From the NCBI GenBank assembly GCA_048884785.1, contig JBHLQM010000031.1, positions 1-36,499 of the forward strand: a stretch of 36,499 nucleotides of DNA, in the 5' to 3' direction. This document shows, piece after piece, positions 29,344 to 36,499 of this stretch (position 1 is the first letter of the stretch; each line of letters begins with the position of its first letter). The DNA comes from Candidatus Thorarchaeota archaeon (GTDB lineage Archaea > Asgardarchaeota > Thorarchaeia > Thorarchaeales > Thorarchaeaceae). Below the pieces are notes generated by a model, which saw nothing but the letters and a program-made list of their open reading frames with translations, had not been told where the DNA came from and made no database searches. The position numbers and the translations under genes are program-made.

Positions 29344-29568
29344 GAGAGTACCTCCTTAATCGGCGATAAATGAGGGCGACTACATCTTAAGTGTGTTCTG
29401 TGTTTGTGTCCCTCTGATTTATGCGAATTTGGTTTCAACTGGTAATGAAATTTGATATTACATTGGAGAAAAACATTACTTTGCGCACGTGAGTAAAATC
29501 TTAAAACAGTCAATTTTTGAAACGAGGGTAATCTAATATTCGCTTATGCAAGCGAAGGGAGTAGAAAA
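29344..29568. promoter_or_regulatory. AT-rich divergent intergenic region (probable back-to-back promoters)
   Basis: 225 bp between divergent genes, containing TATA-like tracts (AAAATCTTAAAA, TAATCTAATATT). SD-like motifs precede both flanking starts. Confidence 0.45.
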
Positions 29569-31713
29569 GTGTCAATCTCTTCGGGAGGTACAGCGGAATC
29601 ACTACGTCTTCAGCATAGAATAGAAGCTGAATTTGGGAGCGACGTGGTATATATCAATCATGACGAGAAATATGTCTATGCCGCTTGTACCGACTTGAAA
29701 GTTAGGGTTTGGTCTAAGGATGAATGGCAGCTAATTGCCACCTTAGGTGATACTACCTCTCCTCCTCTTGCAGTTCATATTGATGATGAACATGTCTACG
29801 CAACATGTGAGAAACGAGTCTATGTCTGGACCAAGAACACATGGGGGATGATTGGCTGGTTTGAACTGACATACACAGCTGTAACTTCTACACTTCGAGG
29901 CGAGTATCTGTATGTTGGTGCAAAAGAAGGGCGTCTAGTATCAATAAAGAAAGACACTCATGATACTTCCAGTTGGCAGTTGTTCAAATCTGATATCACA
30001 CGTATTTGGGCTGATGGAGAGATAATCTGTACATCAACAAACAAGGATGAATCAGTGGTTTGGAAAATCGAGAAAAACACCGCTCCCTCAGAGATTGCGC
30101 GTCTTGACAAGAAGGACAAGGGTGCCCACATTACTGGCAACAATGCCTACATATTATCCGGATTGAATACATCTGAAATTAAAATGTGGGATAGAGTTGA
30201 TTGGTCTCGTATTAGGACACTGCAACCGGCAGGAAACAACGGTCTGGTATCTCTCTGGTCCAATAGTATATACCTAATATCTGCATCAAATACCTCCAGT
30301 ATTAGTATCTGGGATTTGAGAAAGGGAACTACCATCGGCACATTCAAAGTGAATGGATTCAAGATATTGCAGGTTCGTGCTGATAGCAAGTATGTCTTTC
30401 TGGCTACTACTGCTGGCATTAAGGTTCTTTCCCTGTCTATTGGAGGGCAGCAGCTCGATCTGAATGCAGATGAGAATTCTCTCTACGGAACTCAGGTATT
30501 GAGAACCTCTCCTTACGATGTGCTCGAGGTAGTTCTAGAGTTGCAGAAAAAGGGGGATCAGTTTCTTGATGAAGGAGAATATCATGAGGCTGTTTCTGAA
30601 TTCGAGCACGCTCTTCAACTATTGATTGATAACAACCAAGCACTTCTGGAAGTACCAAAAGAAAGGGAAAAAATCACAACTGAAATTAATGATCGACTGG
30701 GCCAATCCTTGCTGCGAGCCAAGATAGTAGAAATGCAGGAAATTGTTGATGAAATTGAATCCATCACGGATGAACTTGATCGTGAGGGGCGAACGAGTCG
30801 AGACGAAGAGTCTCTAGATAAGGTCTGGACTATGGCATCCCGTGCGATAAAGGAGAGTAGGGTTCTGGCTGAGGCTCAAGGTGGACACATACTTAGCTAT
30901 CAGCTTTCTCATGAATCTGACATTCTGGATTCCAGTCTTTCCAAGGCGAAGGAAAAGGTTGAGAAGTATAAAGAGAAAATTACCTATGCCCTAACGCTTA
31001 CTCAAAACATCCGAAGTGAGTGGCGGTGGTTAGAGCGAAAACGAACCTCTCTTGAAGACCGACTAGCGTTTTTGGAATCCGCAGTGAGGAAGCTTGAAAC
31101 ACGAATAAAGGAATCCTCTGCAGATGATGAAGTTCGGAATATTCTTGTCACAGCATTAAATGAGTACACACAGCTTAGAGATCAGATATCTCGGATTCTG
31201 GATGCAAGCACAAATGACTCGAAGGATGTTCTCCTGTCAAAGGATGAGGCAATCGCGGCTATTGAAGGGTTGCTTAATGTACTTCCAAAGCGTAGAAAAT
31301 CAATCGAAAAGATTAGTGATGATGCTGAAAGACATAGAGAGATGAATCAGTTAATAGAAGCACTTCAACAGGCGGTTGAAGCAGCTGAGCAACATAAGTT
31401 GAAAGACGAGGCTCTCAAGATCAACGCAGAAATGGCAACAATTCTTTTGAAAGATGAGGCCGAGGAACCTTCGATTACGTCAGAAACACCAAGGCTTGAA
31501 ACTGAATCTGAGCCACCCAAGGAGGAACCCCAAACGTCCAAAGAGGAACCTGTACTACCAAAGGTGGAGAAAGATGAGCAATCAGAAGAAAAACCAGCAA
31601 AGGTCCCAAAAAAGAAAGAGAGCAGCGCAAAGACTCCAAAACAGCCTTCGAAGAAGAAAACTAAACGAAAGAGATCCACAACGAAGAAATCTCCTCGCAA
31701 AAAGTCAAATTGA
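29569..31713 (+). CDS. WD40 beta-propeller + MIT/TPR-like helical bundle + coiled-coil + low-complexity Lys-rich tail
   Basis: Repeated WD-type blades (KVRVWS, RVYVWT, EIKMWD, SISIWD) in aa ~20-290. Then GDQFLDEGEYHEAVSEFEHAL, a long coiled-coil, a P/E-rich linker and KKKTKRKRSTTKKSPRKKSN. Confidence 0.88.
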   Translation: MSISSGGTAESLRLQHRIEAEFGSDVVYINHDEKYVYAACTDLKVRVWSKDEWQLIATLGDTTSPPLAVHIDDEHVYATCEKRVYVWTKNTWGMIGWFELTYTAVTSTLRGEYLYVGAKEGRLVSIKKDTHDTSSWQLFKSDITRIWADGEIICTSTNKDESVVWKIEKNTAPSEIARLDKKDKGAHITGNNAYILSGLNTSEIKMWDRVDWSRIRTLQPAGNNGLVSLWSNSIYLISASNTSSISIWDLRKGTTIGTFKVNGFKILQVRADSKYVFLATTAGIKVLSLSIGGQQLDLNADENSLYGTQVLRTSPYDVLEVVLELQKKGDQFLDEGEYHEAVSEFEHALQLLIDNNQALLEVPKEREKITTEINDRLGQSLLRAKIVEMQEIVDEIESITDELDREGRTSRDEESLDKVWTMASRAIKESRVLAEAQGGHILSYQLSHESDILDSSLSKAKEKVEKYKEKITYALTLTQNIRSEWRWLERKRTSLEDRLAFLESAVRKLETRIKESSADDEVRNILVTALNEYTQLRDQISRILDASTNDSKDVLLSKDEAIAAIEGLLNVLPKRRKSIEKISDDAERHREMNQLIEALQQAVEAAEQHKLKDEALKINAEMATILLKDEAEEPSITSETPRLETESEPPKEEPQTSKEEPVLPKVEKDEQSEEKPAKVPKKKESSAKTPKQPSKKKTKRKRSTTKKSPRKKSN

Positions 31714-31714
31714 T

Positions 31715-32356
31715 CTAGCTTCCAGCTGAAAAGGCATTGTCAAAGGACAATTCAGAATCTGACAGCAAATCATATTCTTCCCTTAGGTCATCAATCCAGT
31801 CGTCAGAAAGACTCTCCAGAATCGGGTCGATTGCAAAAGCCTGTTCTGCGGCACCCAATGCTGCTCCAACATCTCCGAGGACGTAATTGCATGCTGCTAA
31901 GTTGTACCATGTAATAGATGAATTTGGATTTAGCTGGATTGCGTTGTGAAATGCCTCTCGAGCTTCTACCCAATTCTCAAATGTCATGTATGCAGTTCCG
32001 AGCAAGTACCAGTCATTTTGGTTTCTAGGATTGAGCTTTAGGGACTGCTGCAATGCTCTTATCCCTTCAGATTCCTCGTTCAGAAGGAAGTGTAGATATG
32101 CCTTATCTGCCCATATTCTGGAAGCTTTAGGATCCAACGTCAGAATAGAGTTCATTGCTTCCAATGCCTTCTTTGGCCTCTTTAACTCAAGATTGCAGAT
32201 GATCACCCTGTCTAATACCGATCTGTTTTTGGGATCAATTTCTGCCGCTTTTTCCAGCGCTTCGATTGCTTCGTTGAACTTGGATTTGTTCATCAGCGTC
32301 GATGCGAGGTCAAGGATTTGTCCTGTCTCAGGACTGTTATTGGTATTCGTCAACAC
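31715..32356 (-). CDS. Tetratricopeptide repeat protein (~5 TPRs, acidic tail)
   Basis: EAIEALEKAAEIDP, ALQQSLKLNP, WYLLGTAY...AFHNAIQLNP and WYNLA. Confidence 0.92.
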   Translation of the reverse strand: MLTNTNNSPETGQILDLASTLMNKSKFNEAIEALEKAAEIDPKNRSVLDRVIICNLELKRPKKALEAMNSILTLDPKASRIWADKAYLHFLLNEESEGIRALQQSLKLNPRNQNDWYLLGTAYMTFENWVEAREAFHNAIQLNPNSSITWYNLAACNYVLGDVGAALGAAEQAFAIDPILESLSDDWIDDLREEYDLLSDSELSFDNAFSAGS

Positions 32357-32581
32357 TTTTCCCCGAACTGATATGCTTGCAGAGCTATTTGTAGTTCACA
32401 TCTCGCCCAGATTATTTGTATATAAAGTGTGTTTTCTTTGCATCTTTTGTGTAAACACCGACATATTAAATTCACGCTACTGATTAGAGAAGAGAGAGTC
32501 ATTCGAACAATTCCGAATCCATTCAAACTGAAATCCTCTTTAGGAACCTCTCTTTAGTTGTATACACTATTCGTGATTACG

Positions 32582-32977
32582 ATGGGCGTAACAATATTCA
32601 AGTTCTCTTTTCCAGGGGACTCTAAACTATTGGTTGATAGAATTCACCATTGGATGAATAGCACCCCTGAGGGCAACAGATACAATCTTCATAAGCGAAC
32701 ACCGGGTTCAGTGATCTGCTTGAAACGGGGAATGGGTTTAATCACTGCTCCGATAGTATTTGAGTTCCATATAATGGCTGAATCTGAGGAGCATTCTGAT
32801 GTTTATGCAATTGGTTATGCTAGGGCTTTTGGCATAGGACCAATTACCGGACTCAAATCTTCGCTTAAGGCCGATGCCTTGACTGGTACTCTACCTCGTA
32901 GAAATGGATGGAAGGATATGATAAAAGTAATTGATTACATTGGAGTAGACCAGTATACCCATTCTTTTGAATCCTAA
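32582..32977 (+). CDS. Hypothetical protein
   Basis: ~131-aa ORF filling the gap, with protein-like composition and no recognisable motif. ATG 32582 preferred over TTG 32558. Confidence 0.6.
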   Translation: MGVTIFKFSFPGDSKLLVDRIHHWMNSTPEGNRYNLHKRTPGSVICLKRGMGLITAPIVFEFHIMAESEEHSDVYAIGYARAFGIGPITGLKSSLKADALTGTLPRRNGWKDMIKVIDYIGVDQYTHSFES

Positions 32978-33053
32978 ATCCAATCGATTGGTACGAAAGT
33001 TTATCAAGTTCAGGTGGTCGTTTTATGCATTGGTTCGTCAGGAGTAAGAGAGA

Positions 33054-33233
33054 TTGATTATTCTTCCATTCACATTGTTAATTATACTTCTAGCACTAAT
33101 TATTGTACCCTCGGTCCTATGCGGAAAGAAAAGCGAAGGAACTGTAGTGAGTAGCGCGAAAACTGTTGAGAAGAAGGAAGCCAAGAAAGAGAAGGAATCT
33201 GAAGAATCTGAAAAAGAGGATGATGTAAACTAA
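33054..33233 (+). CDS. Small single-TM protein (59 aa, absent from the ORF track)
   Basis: AGGAG SD, then TTG 33054: MIILPFTLLIILLALIIVPSVLCGKKSEGTVVSSAKTVEKKEAKKEKESEESEKEDDVN, stop TAA 33231-33233. Confidence 0.7.
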   Translation: MIILPFTLLIILLALIIVPSVLCGKKSEGTVVSSAKTVEKKEAKKEKESEESEKEDDVN

Positions 33234-33253
33234 TCCATTATTCACTCACTGGG

Positions 33254-33300
33254 TTTCAGATTCATCTGAAAAAGAGGGAATAGACTTCTCTCTATCCCCT
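33254..33300 (-). terminator. Hairpin(s) between convergent genes; probable terminator of the hydrogenase operon
   Basis: Minus strand reads AGGGGATAGA-GAGAAG-TCTATTCCCT (10-bp stem, one G-U) followed by CTTTTT, starting at the hydA stop. A second perfect inverted repeat, TTTCAGAT-TC-ATCTGAAA, lies at 33254-33271. Confidence 0.6.
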
Positions 33301-34591
33301 ACTTGTACTCAACTTCTACAAGATGCGCACTACAGCTTATACACGGATCATATGATCTGGCAATCATTTCAAATTGGAGTTCAATACCATCGGTTCTACC
33401 AGCAGAGAGTAATTCCTCCCCACTCTTCCGGATGAAGGCTTCTATATCATCTAGAAACATCGCAGTAGGAGTAATGTAGTCCGCGGCGGTAATCCGACCT
33501 TCTTTGATTTCATAGTGGTGAATCAGCGTGCCTCGAGGTGCTTCAACAGCCCCTGTCCCGATTCCGCTAGTCCTTTTTGGTTTAGGAATCTTCGGCTCGT
33601 CAGACTTCAATAGCTCATCAATCGTGTGGATTATTCCCTCTAGTGAGTATACTTGCTCAACCGCTTGAGCGAAGTTATTGTATAGCGGATTGCGATTCCA
33701 TCTTTCGTTGAAGAGATTTTCTAAAGCGGTTTTTGCTTCTCCCCTCAATCTGTCACCCAATAGAAGAACACGAGCCAAAGCCCCAACGGAGAAAGGTTGT
33801 CCTTTGTATGAGCTTCGTTTTGCGAAACTGTGACTGACAACCCGTTCCTTAATTGCCGTATTATATTTCTCAGCTGGATATTCCATTCCATCTGATGTAA
33901 TGATTGAATCCCCAAAATAGTCGTATCCGTCATGCGGTGGCTTGCAGCAAAGAAATTGAGTTTCTCTTTCCATATGACTCGGAATTTCCAGTGTGGAAAG
34001 AATATCGACCGTCTTCATTGCGAATGGAAGAAGTTCCTTCGCTTCCTGCTGCACTTCCTTTAGGATATTTGCAGTTGGTAGCTTTCCAAAACCTCCAAGA
34101 ACAGGGTTTTCTCCGTGGATCATCCTTCCTCCAATAAGCTTCATTATCTTGTTGCCAAAGGCTTTCATCTGAAGCGCTTTCTGCACAACGTCTCCATACT
34201 CTGCAGCCATTGCTACTGCATTATCATAACCAAAGAAGTCAGGCAGCGCAAGGAAATACAGGTGAAGACTATGGCTCTCAATCATCTCACCATGATGCAT
34301 TAGATGTCTATACTCATCAGTTGTCTTTGGAATTGTCACATCTAGGGCCTTCTCCAATCCTCGGAGGCTAGCATACTTGTGTGAAAGGTTGCAGATTGCA
34401 CAAATTCTGGGAACAAGACTAAGTGCTTCTTCAGGAGTCTTTCCAACTACCAGTGTTTCAAAGAGTCGTGGTCCTTCCAGAATCTGAACCTCAACGTTTG
34501 TGATTCTGTTTCCAGAAATCTCTACCTTTATTCCGCCATTACCTTCAACTCTTGCGAGAGGCTTAATTATTATCATTTCATTCTTGGTCAT
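33299..34591 (-). CDS. hydA: [NiFe] hydrogenase large subunit, group 3b (sulfhydrogenase alpha)
   Basis: RVEG, L1 motif PRICAIC, EAPRGTLIHHY, and L2 motif YDPCISCSAH followed by a short cleavable tail (LVEVEYK). Confidence 0.95.
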   Translation of the reverse strand: MTKNEMIIIKPLARVEGNGGIKVEISGNRITNVEVQILEGPRLFETLVVGKTPEEALSLVPRICAICNLSHKYASLRGLEKALDVTIPKTTDEYRHLMHHGEMIESHSLHLYFLALPDFFGYDNAVAMAAEYGDVVQKALQMKAFGNKIMKLIGGRMIHGENPVLGGFGKLPTANILKEVQQEAKELLPFAMKTVDILSTLEIPSHMERETQFLCCKPPHDGYDYFGDSIITSDGMEYPAEKYNTAIKERVVSHSFAKRSSYKGQPFSVGALARVLLLGDRLRGEAKTALENLFNERWNRNPLYNNFAQAVEQVYSLEGIIHTIDELLKSDEPKIPKPKRTSGIGTGAVEAPRGTLIHHYEIKEGRITAADYITPTAMFLDDIEAFIRKSGEELLSAGRTDGIELQFEMIARSYDPCISCSAHLVEVEYK

Positions 34592-35394
34592 GATTTCACC
34601 TCCGCTGTACTAGTCAATCCCTGAATGTGTTCCAGAATCTTATGCCCTCCAAAATTCCTAATCCTGCGCATTATGTCATCAAATGGAATGCCGAAACTCT
34701 CGAGCAACTTGAAATGCTCAGAGAAGTTTCCATCCGTATTTGGTCCCCAACAACCAACGCATGATAAGCCATGACTCGGGCAGGCTGAATCACAGCCGCC
34801 TTTTGTTAATGGTCCAAGGCAAAATCTGCTATCAAGCAAGAGGCAGCGATTCTCATTCAATTTGCATTCATGACAGACTGGATGTCTGGATTCATCAGGT
34901 TCTGCACCATGGATGAGCCGTCCAATCAAGGCCATAGCTTGATGCTTGCTAATGGGGCAACCAGGAAGATAATAGTCGACTGTAACAACTTGGTCTATGG
35001 GGGACGCTTCAACTGGCTCGGTAATGAACTCAACATTTCCATACACTTGTTTGAGCCTTTTATTGAAACTTCCATCACCCACAAACATTGATTGGGGTCC
35101 ACCTGAAACGGCACAGTTTCCTATGGCTACTACAACTTGTGTGCGTTTTCGTATTTCCTTTAGATGCTCTCTCTCTTCCTCGGTACTTACGCTTCCTTCG
35201 ACAAAGGCCACATCTAGATTCTCTTCCACTGGATTGGAAGATGCCATTACGAATGATTTGATATCTACTGCGTTGAATAGATTCAACAACTGCTCCTCTG
35301 TGTGTATGATTAGAAGCTGATCCCCTGCGCATCCAGTGAATCCATAAACACCTACTTTAGGCTTGGTGATTTGCTTGGCTAGTCTGTTAGGCAT
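34588..35394 (-). CDS. hydD: [NiFe] hydrogenase small subunit (sulfhydrogenase delta)
   Basis: TGCAGDQL, VEGSV, IGNCAVSGG, LPGCP, CHEC...C, CLGP..GGC...CP and CVGCWG. Confidence 0.93.
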   Translation of the reverse strand: MPNRLAKQITKPKVGVYGFTGCAGDQLLIIHTEEQLLNLFNAVDIKSFVMASSNPVEENLDVAFVEGSVSTEEEREHLKEIRKRTQVVVAIGNCAVSGGPQSMFVGDGSFNKRLKQVYGNVEFITEPVEASPIDQVVTVDYYLPGCPISKHQAMALIGRLIHGAEPDESRHPVCHECKLNENRCLLLDSRFCLGPLTKGGCDSACPSHGLSCVGCWGPNTDGNFSEHFKLLESFGIPFDDIMRRIRNFGGHKILEHIQGLTSTAEVKS

Positions 35395-35395
35395 T

Positions 35396-36247
35396 TTAGA
35401 TCAACTCCCTGAAATGCAATGTATCCCAATATGTGAAAACCGGGCCATCCATACAAGTGTAGATATGATCCAGTGCGCAATGGCCACATTTGCCTATCCC
35501 ACACCTCATTCTTCGCTCCAAGGTCATCTGAATCATGTTCTTTGGAATTTTTAGTTTTAGAAGCTCTTGAATGACATATTTATACATCACAGGAGGGCCA
35601 CAGACTACTGCAGTTGTTGTAGTAGGGTCGATCTTTGGAAGTTGCTTGAATAACTTGGTTACTACACCGACATTCTCCGGCCAGGTTCCCGATGGGTCTT
35701 TGTCGACTGTATAGAAGCAATCAACATCAGTCCGCTCCTTTATCTGGAAGAACTCATTCTTAAAGAGAAATTCATCAGGATTTCTTGAACCATATAGGAA
35801 ATACAACTCATCGAATTGATCCCGGTTGTCCAGTACATAATAGAGAATTGAACGGAGAGGAATGACTCCTAGTCCTCCAGCCACAATGATAATGTCTCGT
35901 TCGACCATTGGCTCAATCTTGAAACCATTTCCATATGGTCCTCTGACATAAATGACATCATTGTCTTTCTTCTTGTAGAGGGCTTCTGTCACTTTCCCTA
36001 CTCTTCTAATACCCATCTCAAGAATACCTGGTCTACTAGGAGTTGACGAGATGGAAAAAGGAGCTTCACCTACACCCGGTATTGACAACATGGCAAATTG
36101 ACCAGGCTTGTATTTGAAGGACATCGCTCGTTCCATGTCAATGAAACGTATCTGGAAGAATCGGTGATCCTTTATGAGATCGTATTGCCGCACAATTCTT
36201 GCAGGTTGTGGTTGGAAGGGATTCTCTGATTCATTGATAAGCGTCAT
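35396..36247 (-). CDS. hydG: Sulfhydrogenase gamma subunit (FAD/NAD(P) binding, 2Fe-2S)
   Basis: PGQF, GEAPFSISS, RGPYGNGF, AGGLG, CGPPVM and ERRMRCGIGKCGHC...CMDGPVF. ATG 36247 overlaps the upstream TAA. Confidence 0.93.
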   Translation of the reverse strand: MTLINESENPFQPQPARIVRQYDLIKDHRFFQIRFIDMERAMSFKYKPGQFAMLSIPGVGEAPFSISSTPSRPGILEMGIRRVGKVTEALYKKKDNDVIYVRGPYGNGFKIEPMVERDIIIVAGGLGVIPLRSILYYVLDNRDQFDELYFLYGSRNPDEFLFKNEFFQIKERTDVDCFYTVDKDPSGTWPENVGVVTKLFKQLPKIDPTTTTAVVCGPPVMYKYVIQELLKLKIPKNMIQMTLERRMRCGIGKCGHCALDHIYTCMDGPVFTYWDTLHFRELI

Positions 36248-36499
36248 TACTTCTTCACCTCGCAACTTGTTAATGCCTCAGAGACCGTTATAACATTGAT
36301 ATCAACCGGGCATGTTCCGACACAACGTCCACAACCTACACATCCAGGTTTTCCATATTCATGGGCAAAAGCTTTCAACTTGTGAGTATACCAGAGCTTC
36401 AGTCTATCAGCTCTTGAACCTCTGAAATTATGCCCTCCTGCAACTAGACTATAGTCAACGAACATACAGCTATCCCAAGATCTTTCCCTTCGCCCTGAT
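36247..36499 (-). CDS. hydB: Sulfhydrogenase beta subunit (4Fe-4S), partial C-terminus
   Basis: RSWDSC, AGGHNFR, and CVGCGRCVGTCPVDI. The frame is open to the window edge. Confidence 0.9.
   Translation of the reverse strand, partial: SGRRERSWDSCMFVDYSLVAGGHNFRGSRADRLKLWYTHKLKAFAHEYGKPGCVGCGRCVGTCPVDINVITVSEALTSCEVKK

Noticed and set aside
33054-33233. TatA/E
   Set aside because: It lacks the FG hinge and the following amphipathic helix, and group 3b hydrogenases are cytoplasmic.
33254-33300. SECIS element for a [NiFeSe] hydrogenase
   Set aside because: The L2 motif has Cys (DPCISC) with no in-frame TGA. A stem plus U-tract fits a terminator.
757-35554. Many antisense or alternate-frame ORFs in the track (e.g. 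1274-1714, 9082-9603, 21647-22231, 28742-29155, 31986-32483)
   Set aside because: They are shadows of well-supported genes on the opposite strand or frame, are Ser-rich, and show no motifs.
1-36499. CRISPR array, tRNA/rRNA or IS elements
   Set aside because: Intergenic gaps are short, and I saw no repeat-spacer pattern, cloverleaf or transposase by eye. Small ncRNAs cannot be excluded without a covariance-model search.

Overview
Gene-dense archaeal chromosomal window. It is most consistent with an Asgard archaeon, probably Thorarchaeia-like (inference from gene content: ATP-dependent DNA ligase, type-2 IPP isomerase, two PurP paralogs, group 3b [NiFe] hydrogenase, beta-propeller/helical and TPR proteins). 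Left to right it holds: a stand-alone TGT-fold gene and DNA ligase; a small +strand cluster (HTH, membrane protein, PRC-barrel, KaiB/thioredoxin-like); a degenerate amidohydrolase, an SCP2-like protein and an HDAC/AcuC deacetylase; a ~12 kb de novo purine cluster (purN-purF-purP-purP-purC/S-purQ-purL-purE/M-purD-guaA) with two gene fusions; fni and acdA; and the end of a sulfhydrogenase operon (hydB partial, hydG, hydD, hydA). The best candidate for an undescribed system is at 24180-32356. It is a tightly packed three-gene operon (896-aa helical-repeat rod, divergent tubulin/FtsZ-family GTPase with hybrid motifs and a ~40-aa insertion, unknown ~350-aa helical protein) that faces away from a WD40 + MIT/TPR-like + coiled-coil + Lys-rich-tail gene, which is followed by a convergent TPR gene. 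This may be a cytoskeletal or membrane-remodelling module. I recognised no rRNA, tRNA, CRISPR array or mobile element. All calls come from motif recognition by eye; no searches were run.
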